From Synechococcus sp. (GTDB lineage: Bacteria; Cyanobacteriota; Cyanobacteriia; PCC-6307; Cyanobiaceae): DNA of 64,000 nucleotides. The notes beneath the pieces were generated by a model. The model did no database searches. It was not told the DNA's origin and saw only the letters and a list, made by a program, of their open reading frames with translations. The translations under genes and the position numbers were made by a program. Location: positions 704,001 to 768,000 of the forward strand of contig JBJBCN010000003.1 in the NCBI GenBank assembly GCA_047285805.1. Reading direction: 5' to 3'. This document shows, piece after piece, positions 9,662-19,398 of the stretch (position 1 is its first letter; the number at the start of each line of letters is the position of its first letter).

Positions 9662-10886
9662 GTACGTCCTGGCGGGGGCGGGTATCTCCGCTTTGGGGCT
9701 GGTGGTGTTGCAGTCCCTGCTGGCCCAGCGTCTGGAGCGTGCGCAGATTGCCCAGATGGGGCCGGAGGTGGCCTTCAACCTGCGGCTCGGGGAATTGGCG
9801 CTGGATCGCCTGCCCCCCCAGGCGCTGGCCCGGCTGAGTGGTTTGCCTTTGCGGGTGGGTCCCTTCCCTCCCGTGAGCCGCGATGGGCTCCTGCAACGCC
9901 AGGCGTTGCTGCTGCAGCAGGAGTTGTGCCAGCGGGTGCGGCCCTGTCCGCCGGTGCTGCCGGCCGACAGCGAGACGCCGGGGCTCTGGGTCGAGTTGCT
10001 GTCGCCCCTTGAGCCGATCTGGCTGTTCACCCCCGTGGGTCCCGCCCAGCGTTGGCCGCCCGATCCCCTCCTGCTGGGGCTCTCGCTGTTGACCGGCAGC
10101 ATCTCCGCCTCCTGTCTGTTCCTCTGGCGAGAGGTGCAAACGCCCCTGCAGCAGCTGGAGCAGGCGCTGGGGTCGGTGGGGCGCTCGGGTTTGCAACCAG
10201 CTCTGCCCGAGCGGGGCGCGCGGGTGGTCCGCTCGTTGACGGGGCGTTTCAACGCCATGGTCGAGCGCCTGGCCAGCAATGACCGGGAGCGGGCAACGAT
10301 GCTGGCGGGCATCGCCCACGACCTCAAGAGTCCTTTGACCCGCCTGCGGTTGCGGCTGGCGGACCAGCAGGAGGCGGAAGCGGACCTGGATGCGCTGGAG
10401 CGGATCACCAGTCAGTTTCTCCTGTTTGCAGGAGGGGGCGATGCGGAACCTGCGGTGCAGTTGCCCCTGAATCAGTGGTTGGCGGAGTTGACCGCCCCCC
10501 TGGAGGCGGAGCAGGTGCAGCTCGATCTCACTGCCTTGGAGGCGCGCGTGCAGCCGGTGGCCTTGGGCCGAGCGGTGGGCAACTTGATCGAGAACGCCCT
10601 CAGCCACGGCCAGGCTCCGCTCCGGTTGGTGCTGCGTCCGGCGGAGGCGGATGGCTTCCGCATTGAGGTCTGGGATCAAGGTCCAGGGATTCCGGCGGAC
10701 CAGTGGCCTCAGGCCCTGATGCCCTTCCAACGCTTGGACCGGGCGCGGGGTGGCAGCGGCCACTGCGGCTTGGGTCTCGCGATTGCCGCCCGCGTCGCCG
10801 CGAGCCATGGCGGCGGCCTAAGCCGGCTGCAGAGCGAGCGGGGATTTGCGGTGGTGCTGATGGCCCACTCCCTCGCGGCGGCTTAG
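9639..10886 (+). CDS. EnvZ-like membrane sensor histidine kinase
   Basis: Two hydrophobic segments, HAMP-like linker, H-box AHDLKSPLTRLRL, NLIENA, DQGPGI, GLGLAI. Confidence 0.93.
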   Translation: MAKHAPVKYVLAGAGISALGLVVLQSLLAQRLERAQIAQMGPEVAFNLRLGELALDRLPPQALARLSGLPLRVGPFPPVSRDGLLQRQALLLQQELCQRVRPCPPVLPADSETPGLWVELLSPLEPIWLFTPVGPAQRWPPDPLLLGLSLLTGSISASCLFLWREVQTPLQQLEQALGSVGRSGLQPALPERGARVVRSLTGRFNAMVERLASNDRERATMLAGIAHDLKSPLTRLRLRLADQQEAEADLDALERITSQFLLFAGGGDAEPAVQLPLNQWLAELTAPLEAEQVQLDLTALEARVQPVALGRAVGNLIENALSHGQAPLRLVLRPAEADGFRIEVWDQGPGIPADQWPQALMPFQRLDRARGGSGHCGLGLAIAARVAASHGGGLSRLQSERGFAVVLMAHSLAAA

Positions 10887-10898
10887 CTCAGTCGGATG

Positions 10899-10932
10899 TG
10901 GTCACAGCTGGCGGCGGTCTTGGTCACAGCTG
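10899..10932 (+). repeat. 12-bp direct repeat TGGTCACAGCTG, putative regulator binding site
   Basis: Exact copies at 10899-10910 and 10921-10932, 22 bp apart; the core TGGTCACA also occurs on the minus strand at 8844-8851. Confidence 0.7.
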
Positions 10933-10978
10933 CGCGGTCGATCCCGCGCAGCCTGTGGGGGCACGTTGATTCACCGCG

Positions 10979-11401
10979 ATGTCGTCTTCTGTTTTTTCGC
11001 CTGTGCGCCCCCTCCAGCCGCTATCGCGCGCGCTGCAGTTGGGTCTGGTGCTTTGCCTGAGCACCAGCGTCCCCGTCTGGGCGGGGTCACGGCCGTCGAT
11101 GGGGGAGGGGAAGTCCGCCTTCGCTGAGCTGGAAGCGGAGGCCCTCTCCAAGTTCAGCCGTGAGCAGCGCCATCGCTATTTCGATGACCTGCGGGTGCTG
11201 CAGCGCCGCCGCTTTGATCAACGCCAAGCGGAGCTCTCTCGATTGCAGAACTGCCTGAATCGCACGGCCAAGGCGAAGGCATCGACCTGTTTTGAGCGCC
11301 GGCACCGCCACAACGGTGCCCTCTGGAGGCGCGAACTTCAGGCGTTGCGCCAGCGCTACAAGCTGCCGGTTCCGCCAAGCCATCACCAGCGCCCTTCCTG
11401 A
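10979..11401 (+). CDS. Small exported helical hypothetical protein
   Basis: Signal-like LQLGLVLCLSTSVPVWA; basic helical mature part with a Cys pair. Confidence 0.7.
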   Translation: MSSSVFSPVRPLQPLSRALQLGLVLCLSTSVPVWAGSRPSMGEGKSAFAELEAEALSKFSREQRHRYFDDLRVLQRRRFDQRQAELSRLQNCLNRTAKAKASTCFERRHRHNGALWRRELQALRQRYKLPVPPSHHQRPS

Positions 11402-11406
11402 GGGAC

Positions 11407-11432
11407 AAAAAAAGGGGCCCCGTGGGGCCCCT
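11407..11432 (-). terminator. Intrinsic terminator of pgk
   Basis: AGGGGCCC-4nt-GGGCCCCT with A7 on the + strand (U tract on the minus strand). Confidence 0.9.
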
Positions 11433-11454
11433 GTAGCTGAATCGCCAGTGGAGA

Positions 11455-12660
11455 TCAGGCTTCGTCGAGGGCGGCCACGCCAGGGAGGACCTTGCCTTCG
11501 AGCAGCTCCAGGCTGGCGCCACCACCGGTGGAGATGTGGGACATCTTGTCGGCCAGGCCGGCCTTCTCAACGGCGGCCACGGAGTCACCACCGCCGATGA
11601 TCGTGCAGCAGCCCTTGCCGCTGAGGTCGGCCAGGGTGGTGGCGATGGCGTTGGTGCCAGCGGCGAAGGCGTCGAACTCGAACACCCCCATGGGGCCGTT
11701 CCAGATGACGGTCTTGCAGTCAGCCAGGGCGTCCTGGAACACCTTCACGGAGTCGGGGCCGATGTCCAGACCCATCCAGCCGTCGGGGATGGCATCCACC
11801 TTGGCGATCTGGCTGTTGGCGTCAGGGGCGAAGTTGTCGGCCAGCACCACATCGGTGGGCAGCAGGAACTGAACGCCCTTGGCAGCGGCCTTGGCTTCCA
11901 GCTCCTTGGCCAGCTCGAGCTTGTCCTCTTCCACCAGGCTCTTGCCTACGGACAGACCGCGGGCCTTGTAGAAGGTGAAGATCATGCCGCCGCCGACAAG
12001 GATCTTGTCGCACTTGTCGAGCAGGGCCTCGAGCACGCCGATCTTGGAGCTCACCTTGGAGCCGCCGACGATGGCGGCCAGGGGGCGCTTGGGCTCGTCG
12101 ATGGCGCCTTGGAGGTACTGGAGCTCCTTCTCCATCAGATAGCCGGCCACGCTTGGGCTCAGGTATTGGGTCACGCCCTCGGTGGAGGCGTGGGCACGGT
12201 GGGCGGCGCCGAAGGCGTCGTTCACGTACACGTCAGCCAGACTGGCCAGCTTCTTGGCGAAATCGCCTTCGTTCTTCTCTTCTTCTGCGAAGAAGCGGAC
12301 GTTCTCGAGCAGCACGACGTCGCCGTCGGCCATGGCGGCCACCTTGGCTTCAGCGTCGGCACCGATGCAGCTGTCGGTCTTCACCACGTCCTTGCCCAGC
12401 AGTTCGCCCAGCCGTGCAGCGACGGGGGTGAGGCGCATGGACTCGTTCACCTGACCCTTGGGACGGCCGAAGTGGGCCGAGAGGATCACCTTGGCGCCCT
12501 TGCCGACCAGATCATTGATGGTGGGGAGGGCAGCGCGGATGCGGGTGTCATCGGTGATGGCGCCGGCATCGTTCAGGGGCACGTTGAAGTCGACCCGAAC
12601 CAGCACGCGCTTGCTGCGCAGCTCGTCAGCGGAAAGGCTGGCCAGGGAGCGCTTCGCCAT
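11455..12660 (-). CDS. pgk: Phosphoglycerate kinase
   Basis: [43 protein letters not shown]. Confidence 0.99.
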   Translation of the reverse strand: MAKRSLASLSADELRSKRVLVRVDFNVPLNDAGAITDDTRIRAALPTINDLVGKGAKVILSAHFGRPKGQVNESMRLTPVAARLGELLGKDVVKTDSCIGADAEAKVAAMADGDVVLLENVRFFAEEEKNEGDFAKKLASLADVYVNDAFGAAHRAHASTEGVTQYLSPSVAGYLMEKELQYLQGAIDEPKRPLAAIVGGSKVSSKIGVLEALLDKCDKILVGGGMIFTFYKARGLSVGKSLVEEDKLELAKELEAKAAAKGVQFLLPTDVVLADNFAPDANSQIAKVDAIPDGWMGLDIGPDSVKVFQDALADCKTVIWNGPMGVFEFDAFAAGTNAIATTLADLSGKGCCTIIGGGDSVAAVEKAGLADKMSHISTGGGASLELLEGKVLPGVAALDEA

Positions 12661-12794
12661 GGGTGAGACAAGAAGTAGAGGTCGGGCGAATTTAGCGGGC
12701 CAGTCAAGGGTCTCCTTGTTTGGAAGGCCTCTCGGGTGAGTGCTGGCTCTCTGGGCTGTGGGCGCTAGACAGAGGGAGCACCGGCCAATCGGCC

Positions 12795-13172
12795 ATGTTC
12801 GAGATCGTTCTCTTCCCCATCGACCGCAGCCGGCAGGCGGCTGAAACCGCCTCCTTCGCCTTGAAGTTGGCCCAGCAGCACGACAGCCGTTTGGTGGTGC
12901 TTTCGGTGGTGGAGCCCGGCCAGGACGATCCCGCCGCCGTCGCGGCCTTGCTGGAGCAGGCCCGCGGTCGCTTTCAAGAGCAGGGGGTGAGCTGCGAGGT
13001 GCTGGAGCGCGAGGGCAAGCCGGCCTTCGTGATCTGCGATGTGGCCGATGAGATCAATGCCGATGTGATCGTGATGGGGACCCGGGGGCTGAGCCTCGAA
13101 GCGGAGGATGCCCCGAGTACGGCCTCCCGTGTGATTCAGTTGGCACCTTGCCCCGTGATGGTGGTGCCGTGA
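12795..13172 (+). CDS. Universal stress protein
   Basis: VLFPID...[25 protein letters not shown]...APCPVMVVP. Confidence 0.93.
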   Translation: MFEIVLFPIDRSRQAAETASFALKLAQQHDSRLVVLSVVEPGQDDPAAVAALLEQARGRFQEQGVSCEVLEREGKPAFVICDVADEINADVIVMGTRGLSLEAEDAPSTASRVIQLAPCPVMVVP

Positions 13173-14068
13173 GTGAGCTGCTGAGTAGCGCAGCCCCGTC
13201 GATTCAGTGGTACCCAGGCCACATCGCGAAGGCGGAGCGTTCGCTCACCGACAACCTGGCCAAGGTGGATTTGGTGATTGAGGTGCGCGATGCCCGCATC
13301 CCCACCGCCACCGGCCATCCCCGGCTTCAGCGTTGGATTCAAGGCAAGCAGCACCTGTTGGTGTTGAACCGCCGGGACATGATCCCGACCCAGGCGCAGG
13401 AAGCCTGGGATGCCTGGTTTCGCAGCCAGGGTCAAACCCCTTGGTGGAGCGATGCCAAGGCCGGCACCGGCGTGAAGCAGCTGCAGCTGGCCGCGATTCG
13501 GGCGGGGGATTCCCTGAACGAGCGGCGCCGCAATCGGGGCATGCGTCCCCGGCCTGTGCGGGCCTTGATGCTCGGCTTTCCCAACGTGGGCAAGTCCGCC
13601 CTGATCAACCGTCTGGTCCGCCAGAAGGTCGTGGACAGTGCCCGCCGTGCCGGCGTGACGCGCAGCCTGCGCTGGGTGCGCCTGGGCCAAGACCTCGACC
13701 TGCTGGATGCCCCTGGGGTGCTCCCCCCGCGGCTCGATGACCAGCTCGCCGCCCTGCGGCTGGCGCTCTGCGACGACATCGGCCAGGCGGCCTATGACGG
13801 CGAGGCGGCGGCCATGGCCTTTGTGCACATGCTCTCCGCCCTGGAAGCCAAGGAGCAGTCCGGCGTGAAGCCCGGTCTGCTCGAGGGGCGCTACGGGATT
13901 CCCGTGGACCCGTTGCTTGGGGAGGGCGCGCCTCAACCGGATGTCCACGCTTGGTTGACGGGGGCTGCGGAGCGGCACACCAGCGGCGACACCGCTCGGA
14001 TGGCCCAACGGTTCCTCGATGACTTCCGGCGGGGCATGCTCGGACCGATTGCCTTGGAGTTGCCGTGA
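13169..14068 (+). CDS. rbgA: Ribosome biogenesis GTPase YlqF/RbgA
   Basis: IQWYPGHIAKA, EVRDARIP, GFPNVGKSALIN, LLDAPGV. Confidence 0.95.
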   Translation: MSELLSSAAPSIQWYPGHIAKAERSLTDNLAKVDLVIEVRDARIPTATGHPRLQRWIQGKQHLLVLNRRDMIPTQAQEAWDAWFRSQGQTPWWSDAKAGTGVKQLQLAAIRAGDSLNERRRNRGMRPRPVRALMLGFPNVGKSALINRLVRQKVVDSARRAGVTRSLRWVRLGQDLDLLDAPGVLPPRLDDQLAALRLALCDDIGQAAYDGEAAAMAFVHMLSALEAKEQSGVKPGLLEGRYGIPVDPLLGEGAPQPDVHAWLTGAAERHTSGDTARMAQRFLDDFRRGMLGPIALELP

Positions 14069-15042
14069 GTGCTTTTGGGGAAGGTGAAGGGGAGCTGCTG
14101 ACGCTCACCTACCCCAAGCCCCTGCCCATGCGCCTGGATCGGTGGCTGGTGGCCCAGCGCCCGGAGCAGAGCCGGGCTCGGATTCAGAAGTTCATCGACG
14201 CCGGCTATGTCCGCGTCAACGGGGTGACGGGACGGGCCAAAACCCCCCTGCGCCAGAACGACACGGTGGAGCTCTGGATGCCGCCGCCGGAGCCGCTCCC
14301 TTACCTGATTCCCCAGGACATTCCTTTGGATGTTCTCTATGAGGACGGGGATCTGATCGTGCTCAATAAGCCCGCTGGCCTCACGGTGCACCCGGCCCCC
14401 GGCAACAAGGACGGCACCTTGGTGAACGGCCTGCTGCACCACTGCCCCGATCTGCCCGGCATCGGTGGTGAGATGCGCCCGGGCATCGTGCATCGCCTCG
14501 ACAAGGACACCACCGGCTGCATCGTCGTGGCCAAAAGCCAGGAGGCGTTGGTGAAGTTGCAGGTGCAGATCCAGAAGCGCATTGCCTCCCGGGAATACCT
14601 GGCAGTGATCCATGGCGCACCGGCCGGAGACAACGGAACGATCGTGGGGGCGATCGGCCGCCATCCCGCCGATCGGAAGAAGTACGCGGTGGTCCACGAC
14701 GGCTCAGGGCGCCATGCCTGCACCCATTGGACCCTGCTGGAGCGCTTGGGTGATTACGCCTTAATGCGCTTCAAGCTCGACACCGGTCGTACCCACCAGA
14801 TCCGCGTCCACTGCGCCCACATCGGCCACCCGATCGTTGGCGATCCCGTCTACTCACGCTGCCGCAAGTTGCCCATGGCTCTGCCGGGTCAGGCGCTGCA
14901 TGCCTTCCAGCTCGGTTTGGATCACCCGATCCGCAAGGACCGGATGCGGTTTGAGGCCCCCCTGCCGGAGGTGATGGAGAAGCTGCTCAAGCTGCTGCGG
15001 CGGCGGGCAGGCGTGGACACGCCTCCACCAGCGTCCGAGTGA
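14065..15042 (+). CDS. rluD: RluA/RluD-family pseudouridine synthase
   Basis: S4-like RLDRWL, NKPAGLTVHP, GIVHRLDKDTTG, TGRTHQIRVH. Confidence 0.93.
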   Translation: MSAFGEGEGELLTLTYPKPLPMRLDRWLVAQRPEQSRARIQKFIDAGYVRVNGVTGRAKTPLRQNDTVELWMPPPEPLPYLIPQDIPLDVLYEDGDLIVLNKPAGLTVHPAPGNKDGTLVNGLLHHCPDLPGIGGEMRPGIVHRLDKDTTGCIVVAKSQEALVKLQVQIQKRIASREYLAVIHGAPAGDNGTIVGAIGRHPADRKKYAVVHDGSGRHACTHWTLLERLGDYALMRFKLDTGRTHQIRVHCAHIGHPIVGDPVYSRCRKLPMALPGQALHAFQLGLDHPIRKDRMRFEAPLPEVMEKLLKLLRRRAGVDTPPPASE

Positions 15043-16609
15043 TCGCGGCCTGGGGCTGGCTGAGCAGCTGATCGCCCGGGCCCTCTTCGACGATCTGGCC
15101 ACCATCGAGCACCACGACCCGCTGACAGAAGCCGCTGGCCACCGAGAGGTCGTGGGTGACAAAGATCAGCCCCAAGCCGAGCCGGTCTTGGAGGGAGCGC
15201 AGCAGTTGCAGCACCTCCGCCTGCACCTCGGCATCGAGCATGCTCACGCTCTCGTCGCAGAGCAGCACCTGCGGTTCGAGCACAAGGGCCCGCGCGATGG
15301 CAACCCGCTGCTGCTGACCGCCGGAGAGTTGGCGGGGCAGCCGAGCTTCGAAGGCTTCCGGCGGCTGCAGCCCCACCGCCTCGAGCCATTGGCAGGCCTG
15401 CTCCCGGGCGGCACTCGGGCTGGCGAGCCCATGGATCAAGAGCGGATCGGCAATCGCTTCCCCAACGGTCATCGCGGGGTTTAAGCAGGCCAGGGGGTCC
15501 TGGAACACCATCTGAATGCGGCGGCGGGCCTGGCGTAGGGCTTCGCCTCGCAGGCGCATCAGATCGACCCCCTTGAGCTTCACGCTGCCGCCCCGCACCG
15601 GAGTCAGGCCCATCAGGGCGCGGCAGAGGGTGCTCTTGCCGCAACCGGAGGAACCCACCACGCCGATGGTTTCCCCATGGCGTAGCTGCAGGCTGACTCC
15701 ATCGACGGCCCGGTACCAGCGGGCCTGCCAGGGCAACCCCGGCAGGGGATGCCAGCAGCGCAGTTCCTCTAGCTCCAGCAGAGGGGCGGCATTCGAGGGG
15801 GCAGGTGTCAGGCCCCCCTCCCGGGCTCGCGCAGCGCCCACCAAGCGCTGGGCCAGGGGTGATTGCGGGCGGGTGAGCAGCGTGGTCGCCGGCGCCTGCT
15901 CCACCAGCTGGCCCTGGTCGAGGACGGCGATTTGATCGCACCAGCGCCCGGCCATCGCGAGGTCATGGCTGATCAGCAAGAGGGCGCTGCCGGCTTCCTC
16001 GCAGAGATCGCAGAGCTCCTGCATGACTTGCCCGGCCACGGCCACATCAAGGCTTGTGGTGGGTTCATCGGCAATCACCAGAGCCGGTCGCAGGGCAATC
16101 GCCAGGGCAATGGCAAGCCGCTGCCGCATCCCGCCGCTGAATTCATGGGGGTAGCTGCCGTAGCGCTCTTCTGAAATCCCGACCCTCCGCACCAGGGATT
16201 GGGCCCGCTCCCGGATTTGGGCTTGCTGCCAGGCCGGACGGTGTTCGCTAATGGTATCGGCGAGGTGTTCGCCGATGGTCATCAGCGGGTTGAGCCGGGT
16301 CATAGGGTCCTGAAAGACCAGGCTCACCGCCTCGCCCCGCAGCCGCCGCAGCTCCGCGCGCCGTAGGCCCCTCGGATCACTTCCGTTTAGCCGCAGGCTC
16401 CCTTGGCAGCGACTGCCTTTGGGCAGCAGTTGCAGCACGGCTCGCGCGACGGTGCTTTTACCGCAACCGCTGGGCCCCACCAGGGCCAGCCGCTCTCCGC
16501 CGTGCAGTCGCAGGTTGAGGCCATCCAGGGTGTTGCTCGCGCTCCCTGGGTAGCGGACACGCAGACCTTGCAGCTCCAGGACCGCAGCGGGATGGGCTGG
16601 GGCGGCCAT
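14987..16609 (-). CDS. Fused OppD/OppF-type ABC ATPase (two ATPase domains)
   Basis: GPSGCGKS and GSSGCGKS; FSGGMRQR and LSGGQQQR; VFQDP twice. Confidence 0.93.
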   Translation of the reverse strand: MAAPAHPAAVLELQGLRVRYPGSASNTLDGLNLRLHGGERLALVGPSGCGKSTVARAVLQLLPKGSRCQGSLRLNGSDPRGLRRAELRRLRGEAVSLVFQDPMTRLNPLMTIGEHLADTISEHRPAWQQAQIRERAQSLVRRVGISEERYGSYPHEFSGGMRQRLAIALAIALRPALVIADEPTTSLDVAVAGQVMQELCDLCEEAGSALLLISHDLAMAGRWCDQIAVLDQGQLVEQAPATTLLTRPQSPLAQRLVGAARAREGGLTPAPSNAAPLLELEELRCWHPLPGLPWQARWYRAVDGVSLQLRHGETIGVVGSSGCGKSTLCRALMGLTPVRGGSVKLKGVDLMRLRGEALRQARRRIQMVFQDPLACLNPAMTVGEAIADPLLIHGLASPSAAREQACQWLEAVGLQPPEAFEARLPRQLSGGQQQRVAIARALVLEPQVLLCDESVSMLDAEVQAEVLQLLRSLQDRLGLGLIFVTHDLSVASGFCQRVVVLDGGQIVEEGPGDQLLSQPQAAITRTLVEACPRLPAAAAA

Positions 16610-16719
16610 GGTGAAGGCGCTGCAATGACCCCAGGCTGGCAGGTGTGGCAAGGGCAAACCCTCACCTGTGGTCGGTTTGTGAAGGCCACTGCATACGATG
16701 GGACAAATCGCAGAGCGCA

Positions 16720-19080
16720 ATGCTCCAGGCGGTGCCCGGTACGGCAGACGGATCCGCCTCTAATGAGGCAGAGGCCGCTGCTGAATGCCAGCCCCCCGGA
16801 GCCGCAATCGGCAGACGGGTCATCAATGGCCCCGCGGACTACTGCATTGAGCTGCCGGCGTGGCTGCATACCTGCATCGATCACGTCCCCCCAGGAGCTG
16901 GCGAAAGCTGCCCCACCGACACCGAAGCGCTGCTGGCCTCAGCCTTCGACTTCGCCTTTCAACTCCACGACGGCCAGGTGCGGGCCAGCGGTGAGCCCTA
17001 CATCTGCCACCCGGTCGCCGTCGCGGATCTCTTGCGGGATATCGGTGCCAGCGCCGGGGTGATCGCCGCCGGCTTCCTCCATGACGTAGTGGAGGACACC
17101 GAGGTCACGCCCGAGGAGATAGAGCAGCACTTCGGCCCTGAGGTGCGGGGCTTGGTGGAGGGGGTCACCAAGTTGGGCGGCATTCACTTCACTAACAAGA
17201 CCGAGGCCCAGGCCGAAAACCTGCGCCGCATGTTCCTGGCCATGGCCAGTGACATCCGCGTGGTGCTCGTGAAGCTGGCGGATCGCCTCCACAACATGCG
17301 CACCTTGGGGGCGCTCAAGCCGGAGAAGCAGCAGCGCATCGCCCGGGAAACCCGTGAGATCTATGGCCCTTTGGCCAACCGCCTGGGCATCGGTCGCTTC
17401 AAGTGGGAGTTGGAGGACCTCGCCTTCAAGATCCTCGAGCCCGAAGCTTTCCGGGATGTTCAGCAGCAGGTCTCCAGCAAGCGCAGTGACCGGGAGCAGC
17501 GCCTCGGCGTCACCGCTGAGATCCTCAGCGGCAAGTTGTCCTCGGTGGGGTTGGAGGTATGCGAGGTAAGCGGACGGCCGAAACACCTCTATGGCATCTG
17601 GAACAAGATGCAGAGCCAGCGCAAGGCTTTCCACGAGATCTACGACGTGGCGGCGTTGCGGATCATTTGCCCGAACGTCGAGAGCTGCTACCGAGCCCTG
17701 GCGGTGGTGCATGACACCTTCCGCCCAATCCCTGGCCGCTTCAAGGACTACATCGGCCTGCCCAAGCCAAACGGCTACCAGTCCCTGCACACGGCGGTGA
17801 TCGGTCGCCATCGCCCGATTGAGGTGCAGATCCGCACGGCGGAGATGCATCGGGTCGCGGAGTTCGGCATCGCCGCCCACTGGAAATACAAGGAGGGGGG
17901 CTCTCCGGCCGCCACGGGATCCGATGCCGAGCGCTTCAACTGGCTGCGGCAGCTGGTGGATTGGCAGAAGGATGGCGTCGGTGAGGACAGTGGCGACTTC
18001 CTGCGCTCGATCAAGGAGGACCTCTTCGATGAAGAGGTGTTTGTCTTCACCCCTGGTGGGGACGTGGTGGGCCTTCGCAATGGCTCAACCCCGGTGGACT
18101 TCGCCTATCGGATTCACTCGGAGGTGGGTAACCATTGCCAGGGCGCTCGCATCAACGACCGCCTTTGCCCATTGGCAACGCCGCTGCAAAACGGCGACTT
18201 CGTTCAGATCCTGACCTCGAAGAACGCGCACCCCAGCCTGGACTGGCTCAATTTTGTGGCGACGCCGACGGCGCGTAACCGGATCCGCCAGTGGTACAAG
18301 AAGAGTCATCGCGAGGAGAACATCCAGCGCGGCACCGACATGCTTGAGCGCGAGCTGGGCCGTGATGGTTTCGATGCGCTCCTCAATGGTGAGGCGATGG
18401 CGAAGGTGGCTCGCCGTTGCAACCTCGTTGGCACCGAAGACCTGCTGGCGGCTATCGGCTTTGGCGGAGTCACCCTTCACCAGGTTCTGAACCGCCTGCG
18501 GGAAGAACTGCGCCTGGCGACTGAGTCCGAGACTCCGGTCGTCAGCGATGAGGAGCTGGCTCGCAATCTGTCCCAGCAGGGTGAGCTGGCCTCGGGCCCT
18601 TCGACCCCACTCACAGGCCACGGCGATGCCAGCCCGATCCTGGGTCTGGAGGGCCTGGAATACCGGCTGGGTGGATGCTGCAGTGCCCTGCCCGGCGAAG
18701 CGATTGTTGGCACGGTTGCCCTAGGCAATCATGGCATCACAATCCACCGTCAGGACTGCTCCAACCTCCGTTCCGTTCCGGCCGAGCGGCGCTTGCCGGT
18801 CCAGTGGAATCCCCAGCTCAGCGATTCCCATCGCCGCCGCTACCCCGTTCAGCTGCGCATCGAGGTGCTAGATCGCGTGGGCGTCCTCAAGGACATCCTC
18901 ACCCGCCTATCCGATCACCGCATCAACGTCAGCGATGCCCGGGTGCGCACCAACCCCGATCGCCCCGCGCGCATCGACCTGAAGGTCGAGCTGGAGAGCG
19001 CCGATCAGTTGCGGAACACCATGAATCAGATCCGCTCCATGGCGGATGTACTGGACATTGCCCGGGCGGGTATCGGCTAG
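16720..19080 (+). CDS. spoT: Bifunctional (p)ppGpp synthetase/hydrolase
   Basis: SGEPYICHP, LHDVVED, KLADRLHNMRT, KPNGYQSLHT, TGS domain, C-terminal ACT domain. Confidence 0.97.
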   Translation: MLQAVPGTADGSASNEAEAAAECQPPGAAIGRRVINGPADYCIELPAWLHTCIDHVPPGAGESCPTDTEALLASAFDFAFQLHDGQVRASGEPYICHPVAVADLLRDIGASAGVIAAGFLHDVVEDTEVTPEEIEQHFGPEVRGLVEGVTKLGGIHFTNKTEAQAENLRRMFLAMASDIRVVLVKLADRLHNMRTLGALKPEKQQRIARETREIYGPLANRLGIGRFKWELEDLAFKILEPEAFRDVQQQVSSKRSDREQRLGVTAEILSGKLSSVGLEVCEVSGRPKHLYGIWNKMQSQRKAFHEIYDVAALRIICPNVESCYRALAVVHDTFRPIPGRFKDYIGLPKPNGYQSLHTAVIGRHRPIEVQIRTAEMHRVAEFGIAAHWKYKEGGSPAATGSDAERFNWLRQLVDWQKDGVGEDSGDFLRSIKEDLFDEEVFVFTPGGDVVGLRNGSTPVDFAYRIHSEVGNHCQGARINDRLCPLATPLQNGDFVQILTSKNAHPSLDWLNFVATPTARNRIRQWYKKSHREENIQRGTDMLERELGRDGFDALLNGEAMAKVARRCNLVGTEDLLAAIGFGGVTLHQVLNRLREELRLATESETPVVSDEELARNLSQQGELASGPSTPLTGHGDASPILGLEGLEYRLGGCCSALPGEAIVGTVALGNHGITIHRQDCSNLRSVPAERRLPVQWNPQLSDSHRRRYPVQLRIEVLDRVGVLKDILTRLSDHRINVSDARVRTNPDRPARIDLKVELESADQLRNTMNQIRSMADVLDIARAGIG

Positions 19081-19187
19081 CCCCTGATCAGTTTGGGTCT
19101 ACACACCAACGCCTCGGCTGGTCAGCTGGGCTACAGCTTCTGCTGGCCAGTTTCTGTAGCAAGAGCGGACTAGACCAACCCGTTGCC

Positions 19188-19373
19188 ATGACCTCTGAAC
19201 AGGCTGCGCAGCTCATTGATGACGCTCTGGATCTGGTGCAGGAGCGCCTGGAGAGCCTCGGTCAAGGCGAACCCCTTGCCCATCAGGCCCTGATGGATGA
19301 GTTCCGCGAGTGGCGCCATCCCCCCGGCGGCCACATCGACTTGATGGTTTGCCCAGGCTTCACAACGAGCTGA
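19188..19373 (+). CDS. Small hypothetical protein (61 aa)
   Basis: MTSEQAAQLIDDALDLVQERLE...ALMDEFREW; ATG at 19188; typical codon usage; fills the spoT-mnmE gap. Confidence 0.7.
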   Translation: MTSEQAAQLIDDALDLVQERLESLGQGEPLAHQALMDEFREWRHPPGGHIDLMVCPGFTTS

Positions 19374-19398
19374 GGCAGCGAAAAGAGACACTGGAGGC

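Noticed and set aside
9432..10808. 458-aa antisense ORF over the two-component genes
   Set aside because: Shadow ORF caused by high GC and codon bias; no motifs.
11536..12666. 376-aa antisense ORF over pgk (similar cases over prfB, ndhH, menE and iscS)
   Set aside because: Antisense frames of strongly biased genes lack stops; no recognisable domains.
14987..15042. Convergent 3' overlaps (rluD/ABC ATPase; also cobD/murG, AI-2E/cysC, metF/cugP)
   Set aside because: Common in compact GC-rich cyanobacterial genomes; no evidence of special function.
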